A stretch of 26,281 bases of DNA. Source: a bacterium (lineage in GTDB: Bacteria; Zhuqueibacterota; Zhuqueibacteria; Oceanimicrobiales; Oceanimicrobiaceae). The notes below the pieces were generated by a model. It did not search any database and was not told the origin of the DNA. It was given only the letters and a program-made list of their open reading frames with translations. How positions within the stretch are numbered: position 1 is the first letter of the stretch; each line of letters opens with the position of its first letter. The translations under genes and the position numbers were made by a program. The stretch lies in the NCBI GenBank assembly GCA_046758365.1, contig JBHIAC010000029.1:1-26281 (forward strand). The letters run 5' to 3'. Below are positions 9,078 to 18,127 of this stretch, piece by piece.

Positions 9078-10004
9078 ATGAAAAAGCCCAAAATTGTAGT
9101 TGTTGGCAGTTCTAACACCGATATGATTATTAAGCTTGAAAGAATTCCTGAACCAGGGGAAACCATACTTGGTGGCGAGTTTTCTATTGCTGCTGGTGGC
9201 AAAGGTGCAAATCAAGCTGTTGCAGCAGCCCGCGCGGGTGGTGAAGTTGTTTTCATTGCCTGCGTTGGCGAAGATATGTTTGGTGAGCAGGCTTTAGAAG
9301 GATTTGTTAAGGATGAAATTAATGTGGAGTATATTTTTAAGGATCAGCACGCTGCCTCAGGAGTTGCGTTGATTTTTGTAGACAAAAAAGGAGAGAATAG
9401 CATAGCTGTTGCATCTGGAGCGAATGCAAAGCTGATGCCCGAACATATCGACTGTGCAAAAGACGCGATTACTTCGGCTGATATTCTTATCATGCAGTTG
9501 GAGACCCCGATTGAAACGGTAAATGCGGCTGCCAAATTAGCCTCAACTCGGGGTGTGAAGGTTATTCTAAACCCGGCCCCGGCTTGTCCATTGGATGATG
9601 AAACTTTAAAACACATTGCAATTCTAACCCCTAATGAATCAGAAGCCGAGTTGCTGACAGGGATTAAAGTTGAAGATGAGAACGGAGCAGAGACCGCCGC
9701 CAACGCATTGCTTGTAAAAGGATTACAAGCGGTTCTCATTACTTTAGGAGCTCGTGGTGTTTATATTGCTACATCTGATTTCCGGGAATTGGTTCCGGGC
9801 TTTAGTGTTAAGGCTGTGGATACTACGGCTGCTGGCGACGTGTTCAATGGCGCATTGGCTGTTTCCTTGGCCGAAAATAAACCGTGGCTGGAGGCTGTAC
9901 GTTTTGCAAATGCGGCTGCGGCCCTTTCCGTGACCAAGTTGGGGGCTCAGCCTTCTGCCCCACATCGTGTAGAAATCGAAAGCTTTCTGCAAAGCCAAAA
10001 CTGA
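9078..10004 (+). CDS. rbsK: Ribokinase
   Basis: VVGSSNTD, GGKGANQAVAAARAG, PNESEAELL, VDTTAAGDVFNG. GGAG at 9068-9071 favours ATG 9078 over 9066. Confidence 0.96.
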   Translation: MKKPKIVVVGSSNTDMIIKLERIPEPGETILGGEFSIAAGGKGANQAVAAARAGGEVVFIACVGEDMFGEQALEGFVKDEINVEYIFKDQHAASGVALIFVDKKGENSIAVASGANAKLMPEHIDCAKDAITSADILIMQLETPIETVNAAAKLASTRGVKVILNPAPACPLDDETLKHIAILTPNESEAELLTGIKVEDENGAETAANALLVKGLQAVLITLGARGVYIATSDFRELVPGFSVKAVDTTAAGDVFNGALAVSLAENKPWLEAVRFANAAAALSVTKLGAQPSAPHRVEIESFLQSQN

Positions 10005-10050
10005 TTTTCAAATATTAACCTATTGAATCAAAATTATTTTAATAGAATGT

Positions 10051-10439
10051 TGGAAACATGCCAAAACAATGCACACAGCGTATGAATACAATAATCCACT
10101 TATTGCTTGATTAGTTAATTCGCACAAAGGGAAGTTACCCAAGACGTTTTCCTTTGTTTCGCTGGATGCGGAAAATATGATTTTGGAGACTGTGAAGAAA
10201 GCAGAGCTTCAAGAAACATTTGTCGATCTGCCAAGGGCAGCGGGAAATATTTGGATATTGCGTCTATTGGAGGCCTATGGGCGGGATACTGAATTAACGA
10301 TCACATTGCCAGCGCAGGTCGGAAGGCAGTACTTTCAAATTTTCTTGAAGAGGATGGAGAAGCTCTTACAGTGATAGATAACCAAGTTAAAATGACCATC
10401 CCAGCTCATAAAGTTACAATTATTAAAGTATGGCTTTAA
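10051..10439 (+). pseudogene. C-terminal remnant of a GH38 alpha-mannosidase-like gene
   Basis: Reads WKHAKTMHTAYEYNNPLIA*LVNSHKGKLPKTFSFVSLDAENMILETVKKAE...ILRLLEAYG, then after a frameshift near 10320 AVLSNFLEEDGE...IPAHKVTIIKVWL*. TVKKAE, LRLxEAxG and NxLEE are GH38 C-terminal hallmarks. Confidence 0.75.
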
Positions 10440-10467
10440 TCTGTCACAAGCTTAAAAATAATCCCTA

Positions 10468-11100
10468 AAGGCGTGGAAACACCCTGTTCGTGAGCGAGTT
10501 TGGCTTGCGAATCGTGCAGCACTAGCCTTCATGCTGATGACATCGATTTTCAGATCGAAGCGGACTATATCGGATTTATGAGCCCAGGCATGCCGCAGAC
10601 CTCGAATGAGATTTGCGACAAAATAGGACACATTATGAATTACGGGGACGGCGTTTACGGCGGCATGTTTGTTTCTGCGCTTTACACCATGGCTTATTTT
10701 GAAAATGATATTGAAACGATCGTTCGAACCGCGCTCAAAGCGCTGCCTGCAGAGAGTCAATATGCCCAATGTATACAAGATGTCCTTGATGGGCATGAAA
10801 GACATCCCGACGACTGGCAGGCCACGTGGCATGAACTTCAGGACTAATTGGGCACTAAAGACACTTGCAGTGCGCTTGACCCGTTTAATATCGATGCCAA
10901 AATAAAAGGAGATTGAACATCATCAATGGGGATTTAGCGAACCTCAAAAAGTTGCTGAAAAAAAGGATTCAGAAGTTACATTCACCTTTAACGGGTCCGG
11001 TGTTGTAGTCATGGGACGCTGGGACCGAGATGGCGGCAAAGCAGACGTCTATGTGGATGATCAGTTCGTTCAGGAAATCGACAACTACTATTGGGTATTG
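10468..11100 (+). pseudogene. Concatenated ADP-ribosylglycohydrolase fragments
   Basis: 10468-10533 KAWKHPVRERVWLANRAALAFM; 10527-10904 LHADDIDFQIEADYIG...D*LGTKD...FNIDAKI (TAA 10845); 10921-11100 QWGFSEPQ...FTFNGSGVVVMGRWDRDGGKADVYVDD, resembling an ARH C-terminal beta-domain. Confidence 0.8.
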
Positions 11101-11192
11101 TATTTTCTAAAGGGAAACCTTCCCAAGGTGAGTCTGGTATAATCAATTAATTCCTTCAAATTTTTTACCTTATACCTCTGAGAGGATGTCCT

Positions 11193-11816
11193 ATGAATGA
11201 AAAATCCAAACCTAAGAACATTTCTCGCAGGAAATTCATGAAAGGAATGGGTGCAGGAGTTGTTGGCAGTTACGTATTGATTCCTACACTTGAAGCCTCT
11301 TCACAAAAGCAAACAGCAGAAGTCGAGGAATTCCAAAAGGGAAAAGAATTGCTTTCACTAAAGGTCAATGGTAGAAAGGTTCGCATATTGGTAGAGTCTC
11401 GAGCGACTCTGTCCGAATTATTGCGTGATCATCTTCATTTGACTGGTACTAAGGTTGTGTGTAATCATGGAGAATGTGGAAATTGTACAGTCCTGCTGGA
11501 TGGTAAAGCGGTTTATGCCTGCCATATATTAGCCCTGGATGCTGCAGAGAAAGAAGTGATCACAATCGAGGGTTTGCTTTCTGGTGAAAAACTGCATCCC
11601 ATTCAGGAGGCATTCTGGAAAAATGATGGATTCCAATGCGGTTTTTGTACAACGGGTCAAATCATGGCAGCCCAGGCCTTGTTGCTCAAACATCCTAAAG
11701 CCACAAGAGAACAAATACTTAAAGGCATGTCCGGGAATATTTGCCGTTGTGCGGCCTATCCAAAGATTTTCGCATCAGTGTTGGCAGCCGCAGAAATGAC
11801 GACTAGTTCATTCTAA
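11193..11816 (+). CDS. Molybdenum hydroxylase 2x[2Fe-2S] subunit with Tat signal (PaoA/YagT-like)
   Basis: SRRKFMK twin-arginine signal; GTKVVCNHGECGNCTV, QCGFCTTG and GNICRCAAY. Confidence 0.93.
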   Translation: MNEKSKPKNISRRKFMKGMGAGVVGSYVLIPTLEASSQKQTAEVEEFQKGKELLSLKVNGRKVRILVESRATLSELLRDHLHLTGTKVVCNHGECGNCTVLLDGKAVYACHILALDAAEKEVITIEGLLSGEKLHPIQEAFWKNDGFQCGFCTTGQIMAAQALLLKHPKATREQILKGMSGNICRCAAYPKIFASVLAAAEMTTSSF

Positions 11817-11875
11817 AAGAGATTTGAATAAAAATCTATTTTTTATTTAAGCAAACATAAAATCTTGGAGGAGCT

Positions 11876-14170
11876 ATGCCTCGCAAAATTGTAAAATCCA
11901 AATATTTTGTTGAAGAGAATTTTGTTGAAACTCTGGCAGAAGTACCCACGGAAGATGTGAAACCCTGGGGTCCGAATGACAAGCTGAAGGTCGTTGGAAA
12001 ACCGATTTCACGTGTAGACGGCTATGACAAAGTCAGTGGCAGTGCTGTTTACACAGTTGACGTGATTTTGCCGAACATGGCCTACGCCAAAACCTTGCGC
12101 TGCCCGATTCCTCATGCTCGAATCAAAAGGCTCGATATCAGCAAAGCAAAAAAAGTTCCGGGGGTGCTGACAATTATCACACATCAAAATACTCCGAAAA
12201 TTGGCTGGTATTATGAAACAAGTTTTCTATTCGATCCTCATTTGCGATATGAAGGCGATGAAGTGGCCTGCATTGCTGCTAAAACGGAACAGATTGCGGA
12301 AGAGGCCCTAAATCTGATTGAAGTGGAATATGAGGAACTCCCATTTGTGGTGGACGCTGGCCAAGCGATGAAATCCGACGCGCCCAAAATCCACGATTGG
12401 GGTAACATTGTCCGCGGCAAGCCAGCCGTGTATGAACGGGGTAACGTGGATGAAGGATTTGCTGAAGCGGATGTCATCGTTGAAGATGAATACATAACTC
12501 AGGTGGTGGTTCACAATCCTATTGAAGTTCATTCCAGTGTTGTAAACTGGGATGGCGATCATCTGACGGTCTGGGATTCAACGCAAGCGATATTTTCAGT
12601 GCGGGATACCGTTGCAAATTGCCTAAATATTCCATCCAGCCACGTGCGTGTCATTAAGAAATATATGGGTGGGGGCTTTGGAAGCAAACTGGAAGCTGGG
12701 AAATACACGGTTATGGCTGCGTTGTTAGCCCGCGAAATCGGCCGACCAGTGAAAATCACTTTGGATCGCAAAGAAATGAACCTGGCCGTGGGGAATCGAC
12801 CAAATTCAGTCCAAAAACTTAAGATTGGAACCAAAAAGGATGGCACCTTAAGTGCTATGACTCTTAACTCGTATGGCGCCGTAGGAGCCTATCCGGGAAA
12901 CTCCGGCTGTAGTTGGCCATTGCGCACTCTGTACAAGTGTTCTAACATCCGTACAGAAGAATACAGCGTTTTAATCAATGCGGGTCGAGCACGTCCATTT
13001 CGAGCGCCAGGACATGTACAGGGTACATTTGCGCTGGATTCCATCCTCGATGATGTAGCGGAAAAACTCAATATGGATCCGCTTGAATTCCGTTTAAAAA
13101 ATTATACGGAAGTTGATCAAGTGTCGAACCTGCCATATTCCAGCAAACGGTTGCGGGAAGCCTACCAAAAAGGCGCTGAAGCTATTGGTTGGGTTGACCG
13201 ACGAAAAACAGCCGGTTCAGATTCAGGCATAATTAAGCGAGGAATTGGTATGGCCTCGCAGATCTGGTGGGGGGGTGGTGGACCTCCCGCTTATGCCACG
13301 CTCAAGCTAAACCGCGATGGCAGCGCCCAGGTTCTTGCGGGGACACAAGACATTGGCACTGGAACGTATACTTTTATTGCTCAGGTAACCGCAGAGGTAC
13401 TGGAAATTCCCATTGACAAAATTCAAGTCACGTTGGGGGACACCGATGCCTGTCCTTATTGTCCTCTCAGTGGAGGCAGCATGACAGCCGCTTCCGTATC
13501 GCCGGCGGTTCGTGATGCAGCAGAGCAGATGAAAAGCAAATTGATCTCAGGAGCAGCCGCAATTCTGGAAGTGCCTGAAAAACAGCTTAGATATGCTAAC
13601 GGTGTCATATCCCATGTTGAGGACCCATCGAAGCAGATGCTGATTTCCGATGTCGTTAAGAAAATGAGGGAGCGGGTGATGGTAACCACCGGCGCACGCG
13701 CTGCAAACCCAGAGGGCTATGCAATCAATACTTTTGGTGCACAATTTGCCGAGGTGGAAGTGAACACCGAAACCGGCAAAGTGCGCGTTTTGAAAATCAT
13801 TGCCGCTCATGATGTAGGTCGTGTGTTGAACCGCAAAACCTTAGAAAATCAATTTCATGGTGGTATCCTCCAGGGATTGAGTTTCGCGCTGATGGAAGAA
13901 CGTGTCATGGACAAATATACCGGAAAGGTTTTGACAACCAATATGCATGATTATAAACTTCCAACAATTATGGATATTCCTGAAATCGAAGTCATAGTAG
14001 TAAGCGATAGTGATCCTCTCATAAACAATACGGGAGTAAAAGGAATTGGCGAACCAGCAATCATTCCTACCGCAGGAGCGATTGCTAATGCAGTTTATAA
14101 CGCTATCGGCGTCCGTATCAAGAATCTGCCCATTACCCCAGACAAAGTACTGATGGCTTTAGTAAGCTAA
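11876..14170 (+). CDS. Xanthine dehydrogenase-family molybdopterin-binding subunit (PaoC/YagR-like)
   Basis: RBS GGAGG; RVDGYDKVSG, STQ, MGGGFGSK, FRAPG, DIGTG, GGS and KGIGEP (catalytic Glu motif). Confidence 0.95.
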   Translation: MPRKIVKSKYFVEENFVETLAEVPTEDVKPWGPNDKLKVVGKPISRVDGYDKVSGSAVYTVDVILPNMAYAKTLRCPIPHARIKRLDISKAKKVPGVLTIITHQNTPKIGWYYETSFLFDPHLRYEGDEVACIAAKTEQIAEEALNLIEVEYEELPFVVDAGQAMKSDAPKIHDWGNIVRGKPAVYERGNVDEGFAEADVIVEDEYITQVVVHNPIEVHSSVVNWDGDHLTVWDSTQAIFSVRDTVANCLNIPSSHVRVIKKYMGGGFGSKLEAGKYTVMAALLAREIGRPVKITLDRKEMNLAVGNRPNSVQKLKIGTKKDGTLSAMTLNSYGAVGAYPGNSGCSWPLRTLYKCSNIRTEEYSVLINAGRARPFRAPGHVQGTFALDSILDDVAEKLNMDPLEFRLKNYTEVDQVSNLPYSSKRLREAYQKGAEAIGWVDRRKTAGSDSGIIKRGIGMASQIWWGGGGPPAYATLKLNRDGSAQVLAGTQDIGTGTYTFIAQVTAEVLEIPIDKIQVTLGDTDACPYCPLSGGSMTAASVSPAVRDAAEQMKSKLISGAAAILEVPEKQLRYANGVISHVEDPSKQMLISDVVKKMRERVMVTTGARAANPEGYAINTFGAQFAEVEVNTETGKVRVLKIIAAHDVGRVLNRKTLENQFHGGILQGLSFALMEERVMDKYTGKVLTTNMHDYKLPTIMDIPEIEVIVVSDSDPLINNTGVKGIGEPAIIPTAGAIANAVYNAIGVRIKNLPITPDKVLMALVS

Positions 14171-14289
14171 ATGGACACAGAACTCATGAATTGGGTTTTT
14201 TCGTATAAGTTTTTGAACCGGGTCAAATCCATAATTGATTCAATTCAGTCTTAAGGTCAAAATCATTATAAAAAAGAGGAAGTGAGAAA

Positions 14290-15267
14290 ATGAATAATTT
14301 CGATTATTTGCGGCCAAAAAACTTGAAAGAAGCCAGCAGCTTTTTGGGGAAGGCTCCTCAAGAGGCCATGCTTTTTGCCGGTGGGACCGATGTTCTCGGA
14401 TTGATGAAAAACACGGTCATTTCTCCTAAAACGTTGGTTAATCTGAAATCAATACCTGGCATGAAGACCCTTGAGTACAGGCCGGGAAAGGGTTTGCGAA
14501 TCGGGGCTCTAGTTACAATTGCTGAAATCGCAGAGCATCCCATTATTGCCAAAAAATATCCGATATTGCTGCAGGCGGCAAATGAGGTGGCTTCACCACA
14601 ATTGCGAAATGTAGGAACGCTCGGCGGCAATCTCTGTCAGCGTCCCCGTTGCTGGTATTTTCGGGGCGAGTTTCACTGCCTGCGAAAGGGCGGAGATATC
14701 TGCTATGCCGTTGACGGCCAGAATAAATATCATTGCATTATCGGTGGTGGACCTTGTTTCATTGTACATCCTTCGGATATGGCGGTCGCTTTGCTGGCTC
14801 TTGATGCACAATTATCTGTTTTCTCCGGTAAAAAATTACGTAAAGTTCCTTTAAATGAATTCTTTGTTTTGCCAGAACGGGACTATCTAAGGGAAAATAG
14901 TTTGCGACCTGGCGAAATAATAACAGAGATCCATGTTCCCGATCTTCCAACTAATGTGAGAAGTGGATTCATCAAATTCAAAGAACGTGAAGCTTGGGAT
15001 TTTGCCATAGTCAGTGTTGGCGCTGTAATCCAGAAAGCCGGCAGTACCATCCAATCAGGCCGTGTTGCTTTTGGTGGGGTGGCTCCAATTCCATGGCAAG
15101 AGGATGCCATTAACCGGAATTTGACAGGACTGTTCATAAGCCCGAAATCGTTTTCTGATGTGCTACAGAAGAGCTTCAAAAACGCTGAACCACTAGGAAT
15201 GAACGCGTATAAGGTTCCGCTTGCTCGCAATCTTTTGAAACGAATTTTAATTGATCTCACGGCATAG
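14290..15267 (+). CDS. FAD-binding subunit with [4Fe-4S] insert (PaoB/YagS-like)
   Basis: AGGTD, ASPQLRNVGTLGGNLCQRPRCWYFR...CLRKGGDIC...C..VHPSD, KFKEREAWDFA. Confidence 0.94.
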   Translation: MNNFDYLRPKNLKEASSFLGKAPQEAMLFAGGTDVLGLMKNTVISPKTLVNLKSIPGMKTLEYRPGKGLRIGALVTIAEIAEHPIIAKKYPILLQAANEVASPQLRNVGTLGGNLCQRPRCWYFRGEFHCLRKGGDICYAVDGQNKYHCIIGGGPCFIVHPSDMAVALLALDAQLSVFSGKKLRKVPLNEFFVLPERDYLRENSLRPGEIITEIHVPDLPTNVRSGFIKFKEREAWDFAIVSVGAVIQKAGSTIQSGRVAFGGVAPIPWQEDAINRNLTGLFISPKSFSDVLQKSFKNAEPLGMNAYKVPLARNLLKRILIDLTA

Positions 15268-15633
15268 AAGCACTTTACAGATAAGCACCTGCTCGGCACC
15301 GGTGAAACAGGCTTGGGAAGTGAAGGTCACTAGGTAATTTTGATTGAAAATACTAAACTTAAGTAACCCCGTTGTCGAAATTGGCTAACGAGACTGTTGA
15401 ACCAGATAGTTAATCAATACGCTTAAAGGTCCACTCCATATACTCACTTCGTGCAACTTAATTCAATGTAAAATATCTGTCTAATTTACACCTCTACCCT
15501 TTGATTAGTTAAAGCGGGATGATGCTTATGCGGCTCTGCTTGAAGAAATTTATTATCCTCTCATGCGATGAAACGCTTTTTTCAGAAGTTCAATTTAGGT
15601 TTTATTTAATGTGAAGTATATGTGATTTTTCCC

Positions 15634-15661
15634 TTGCTTTATATAGAATTTATTTTATCTT
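15634..15661 (+). promoter_or_regulatory. Possible sigma70-type promoter for the pentapeptide gene
   Basis: TTGCTT-16 nt-TATCTT in an AT-rich region. Confidence 0.35.
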
Positions 15662-15789
15662 TTATTAACAAAATTATACAAAGGCATCATATTTACATTC
15701 ATCCTCAACGCTGCACCTTTGCGTTCCTATAAATTCAATAGACTGGTTAAACGTGCTAAAATAAAAATTATCTATGGTTGTTAAGTGCC

Positions 15790-16998
15790 ATGGCCAATGA
15801 GGAACATCTAAAAATTCTCAAGCTGGGAGTTGAAGCTTGGAATCAGTGGAGAGAACAAAATCCTGAAATACAACCCAACCTCAGTGAAGCGGCTCTCAGC
15901 AGGGTAAACCTCAAAGAGGTGAACCTCTATAAGGCGAATCTCAGTGGGGTGGATTTCAGTTGGGCGAAACTCAGTGGCGCAAATCTCGGCGAGGCGAAAC
16001 TCAGTGGGGCAAATTTCCGTGAGGCGAAACTCATAGGGGTGGACTTTTTTAAGGCCAATCTCAGCGGGGTAAATTTCATGGGAGCGAATCTCGGCGCGGC
16101 AAAACTTATAGCTGTGGATTTAAGCAACGCCAATCTCATAGGGGCGAACCTCATCGAGACAAACCTCTACAAAGCGAACCTCAGAGGAGCCAAACTCAGT
16201 GGGGCGAACCTGAGTGAGGCGAATCTCTGTGAGGCGGATTTCAGGGAAGCAGATCTCCGTGAGGCGTTTCTCATAAAGTCGAACATGACCAAAGTGAATC
16301 TCAGCGGAGCGCACCTTAATCAAGCTCACTTGGTCAGCTCTAATCTTACCGATGCGGACCTTACGGGTTGTTCAATCTATGGATTGTCCGCATGGGATTT
16401 AAATCTAAACGAAAAGACCAAGCAGTCGGGTCTTATAATTACCCCTCTTGAAGCACCTACAATAATGGTGGACAATCTTGAGGTCGCCCAGTTCATTTAT
16501 TTGTTGCTAACGAATAAGAAAATTAGAAATGTAATTAATCCAGTTGCTAATAAAGCCGTACTCATTCTGGGTCAATTTGTAAAAAAGCTCAAAGAGGTTC
16601 TATCTGCTATTGCTGACGAGTTAAGAAAAATGGATTTTTGCCCTATAATTTTTGATTTTCAGAAATCTGAAGAGCAAGATATTATTGAAACAGTAAAAAC
16701 GCTTGCCAGCATTTCGAAATTTATTGTAGCAGAGGTAACAAGCGCTAAAGTTATTGCTGACGAACTTCCTTCTTTTGTGCGTGACTTTGCAATTCCAGTT
16801 GTTCCGCTTTTCCAGCCGTCAAAACAAGAACCAAAACCTTATGCATCCCTTAACACGCTGTATAAAAAGTACCACTGGGTTTTCCAACCAATAGAATATA
16901 AAAGCAAAGAACACCTAATTAAAATATTGCCCGACCGAGTAGTCAAACCAGCTGAAGCTAAGCGTTTGGAACTGCGGACTACTAAACAACAAAAGTAG
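15790..16998 (+). CDS. Pentapeptide-repeat protein with alpha/beta (probable TIR-like) C-terminal domain
   Basis: N-cap MANEEHLKILKLGVEAWNQWR; about 30 A[N/D/K]Lxx repeats (about 15875-16370); then KAVLILG, PIIFDF, KFIVAEVT, DEL and IPVVP. Confidence 0.9.
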   Translation: MANEEHLKILKLGVEAWNQWREQNPEIQPNLSEAALSRVNLKEVNLYKANLSGVDFSWAKLSGANLGEAKLSGANFREAKLIGVDFFKANLSGVNFMGANLGAAKLIAVDLSNANLIGANLIETNLYKANLRGAKLSGANLSEANLCEADFREADLREAFLIKSNMTKVNLSGAHLNQAHLVSSNLTDADLTGCSIYGLSAWDLNLNEKTKQSGLIITPLEAPTIMVDNLEVAQFIYLLLTNKKIRNVINPVANKAVLILGQFVKKLKEVLSAIADELRKMDFCPIIFDFQKSEEQDIIETVKTLASISKFIVAEVTSAKVIADELPSFVRDFAIPVVPLFQPSKQEPKPYASLNTLYKKYHWVFQPIEYKSKEHLIKILPDRVVKPAEAKRLELRTTKQQK

Positions 16999-17160
16999 TT
17001 TTGGACGAACGAGTTGATAGTTATTTATTTTACTAAAATTTTGAGAGTAAAGACATAATTTTGGGGTCTCATTATAAATAAAGAAAGGAGCTAATTAGAT
17101 TAATCACCTTTTTGCAGTTTGCTCAAAAATAATTTTTAACAAAAATTAAGGGAGTATCTT

Positions 17161-17400
17161 ATGACTGAGCACAATCGTAATGAATCGGCCAAACTTTCCG
17201 ATGGAGCCAAATGGGTTATCCGCCAGCTCCTTCTGGAGGTTGAAAGTCGGAATACGAAGATCGAACTTTACGACGCACAGCAAGATGGTTTTGTTATCTT
17301 CTATCGTTTGATTTCCGGTGATGACACTATCGTAGAGGAATTTGCAAAAAAGTTATCTATAAAAAAGACCGGGAATCGTCTGGAGGTACAACATGGGTAA
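17161..17400 (+). CDS. Small hypothetical protein
   Basis: RBS GGGAG; 79 aa; 8-nt overlap with the next CDS. Confidence 0.6.
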   Translation: MTEHNRNESAKLSDGAKWVIRQLLLEVESRNTKIELYDAQQDGFVIFYRLISGDDTIVEEFAKKLSIKKTGNRLEVQHG

Positions 17401-18127
17401 AAGTAAAGGCGCTATTTCCTGGATTCTATTGATAATCGTTGTGGTTGTGGGCTTAATAATTGGCCGCAGCATCTGGTTTTCCTTGAAAGACACACGTGCG
17501 AAGCTGAAAGAGCAAGAATTAACAATGGCAGAGTTGGCTCGAAAAGACTCTTTAATGCGGGTCTATGTGGATAGTCTTGATTTTGTACTATTAGACCTAC
17601 AGCAGAAAGAAGAGCATCTGGCGGCAGAACGTGAGCAATTGAAGAAAAAATTAAATCAACTCCAAATAAAATATAATAAAACAATGGTCCGCTTGGACAC
17701 TCTCTGGGAAGCAGGTTCAGTTATAAACGAGCTGGACCAAGCTTACCCGCACTGGAAAGGCCAGTTTTGGGAAGCAAAGCGAGCTGATGGCATCCATGGA
17801 CTCATTGCTCCACGGCTCTTTGGTGCCGATGCTGCTGAAACGAAAACTAAGCTAGATAATAGTCTAAAGAAAATAACACTTAAAGATAGTACAATAGCCG
17901 TATTAGACAGCTCCTTAGCCATTAAAAACGAGGAAGCGAAAGCCCTGATTTTGAAGGCCGATAGCTTACAATCTACTTATAATAACCTCTGGGGAGAATA
18001 TCAGGTGTTAGATGAAAAGTACAAGAAACTTCTTAAAAGAAAATGGTTTACCCTACATCTCAGTCCTGGTAATATTCTTACCACGGGGGTTGGATTTGCA
18101 GCCGGTTATGCCATTGGGAAACAATGA
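17393..18127 (+). CDS. Membrane-anchored coiled-coil hypothetical protein
   Basis: RBS GGAGG; N-terminal hydrophobic helix; long K/E/L-rich heptad stretches; Gly-rich hydrophobic tail GVGFAAGYAIG. Confidence 0.8.
   Translation: MGKSKGAISWILLIIVVVVGLIIGRSIWFSLKDTRAKLKEQELTMAELARKDSLMRVYVDSLDFVLLDLQQKEEHLAAEREQLKKKLNQLQIKYNKTMVRLDTLWEAGSVINELDQAYPHWKGQFWEAKRADGIHGLIAPRLFGADAAETKTKLDNSLKKITLKDSTIAVLDSSLAIKNEEAKALILKADSLQSTYNNLWGEYQVLDEKYKKLLKRKWFTLHLSPGNILTTGVGFAAGYAIGKQ

Noticed and set aside
10177..10374. Stand-alone 65-aa CDS
   Set aside because: It is an internal piece of the GH38 remnant.
1835..10916. Stop-codon recoding to explain in-frame TAA/TGA (1835, 10108, 10845, 10914)
   Set aside because: TAA, TGA and TAG all end intact genes at expected positions, and most of these stops lie in fragments with other lesions.
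15268..15630. Riboswitch or ncRNA after the Mo-enzyme operon
   Set aside because: No Moco, purine or other riboswitch consensus is recognisable by eye; an Rfam scan would settle it.
15790..16998. Calling the pentapeptide protein qnr/mfpA
   Set aside because: It has an extra N-cap and a large C-terminal domain; repeats alone do not imply quinolone resistance.
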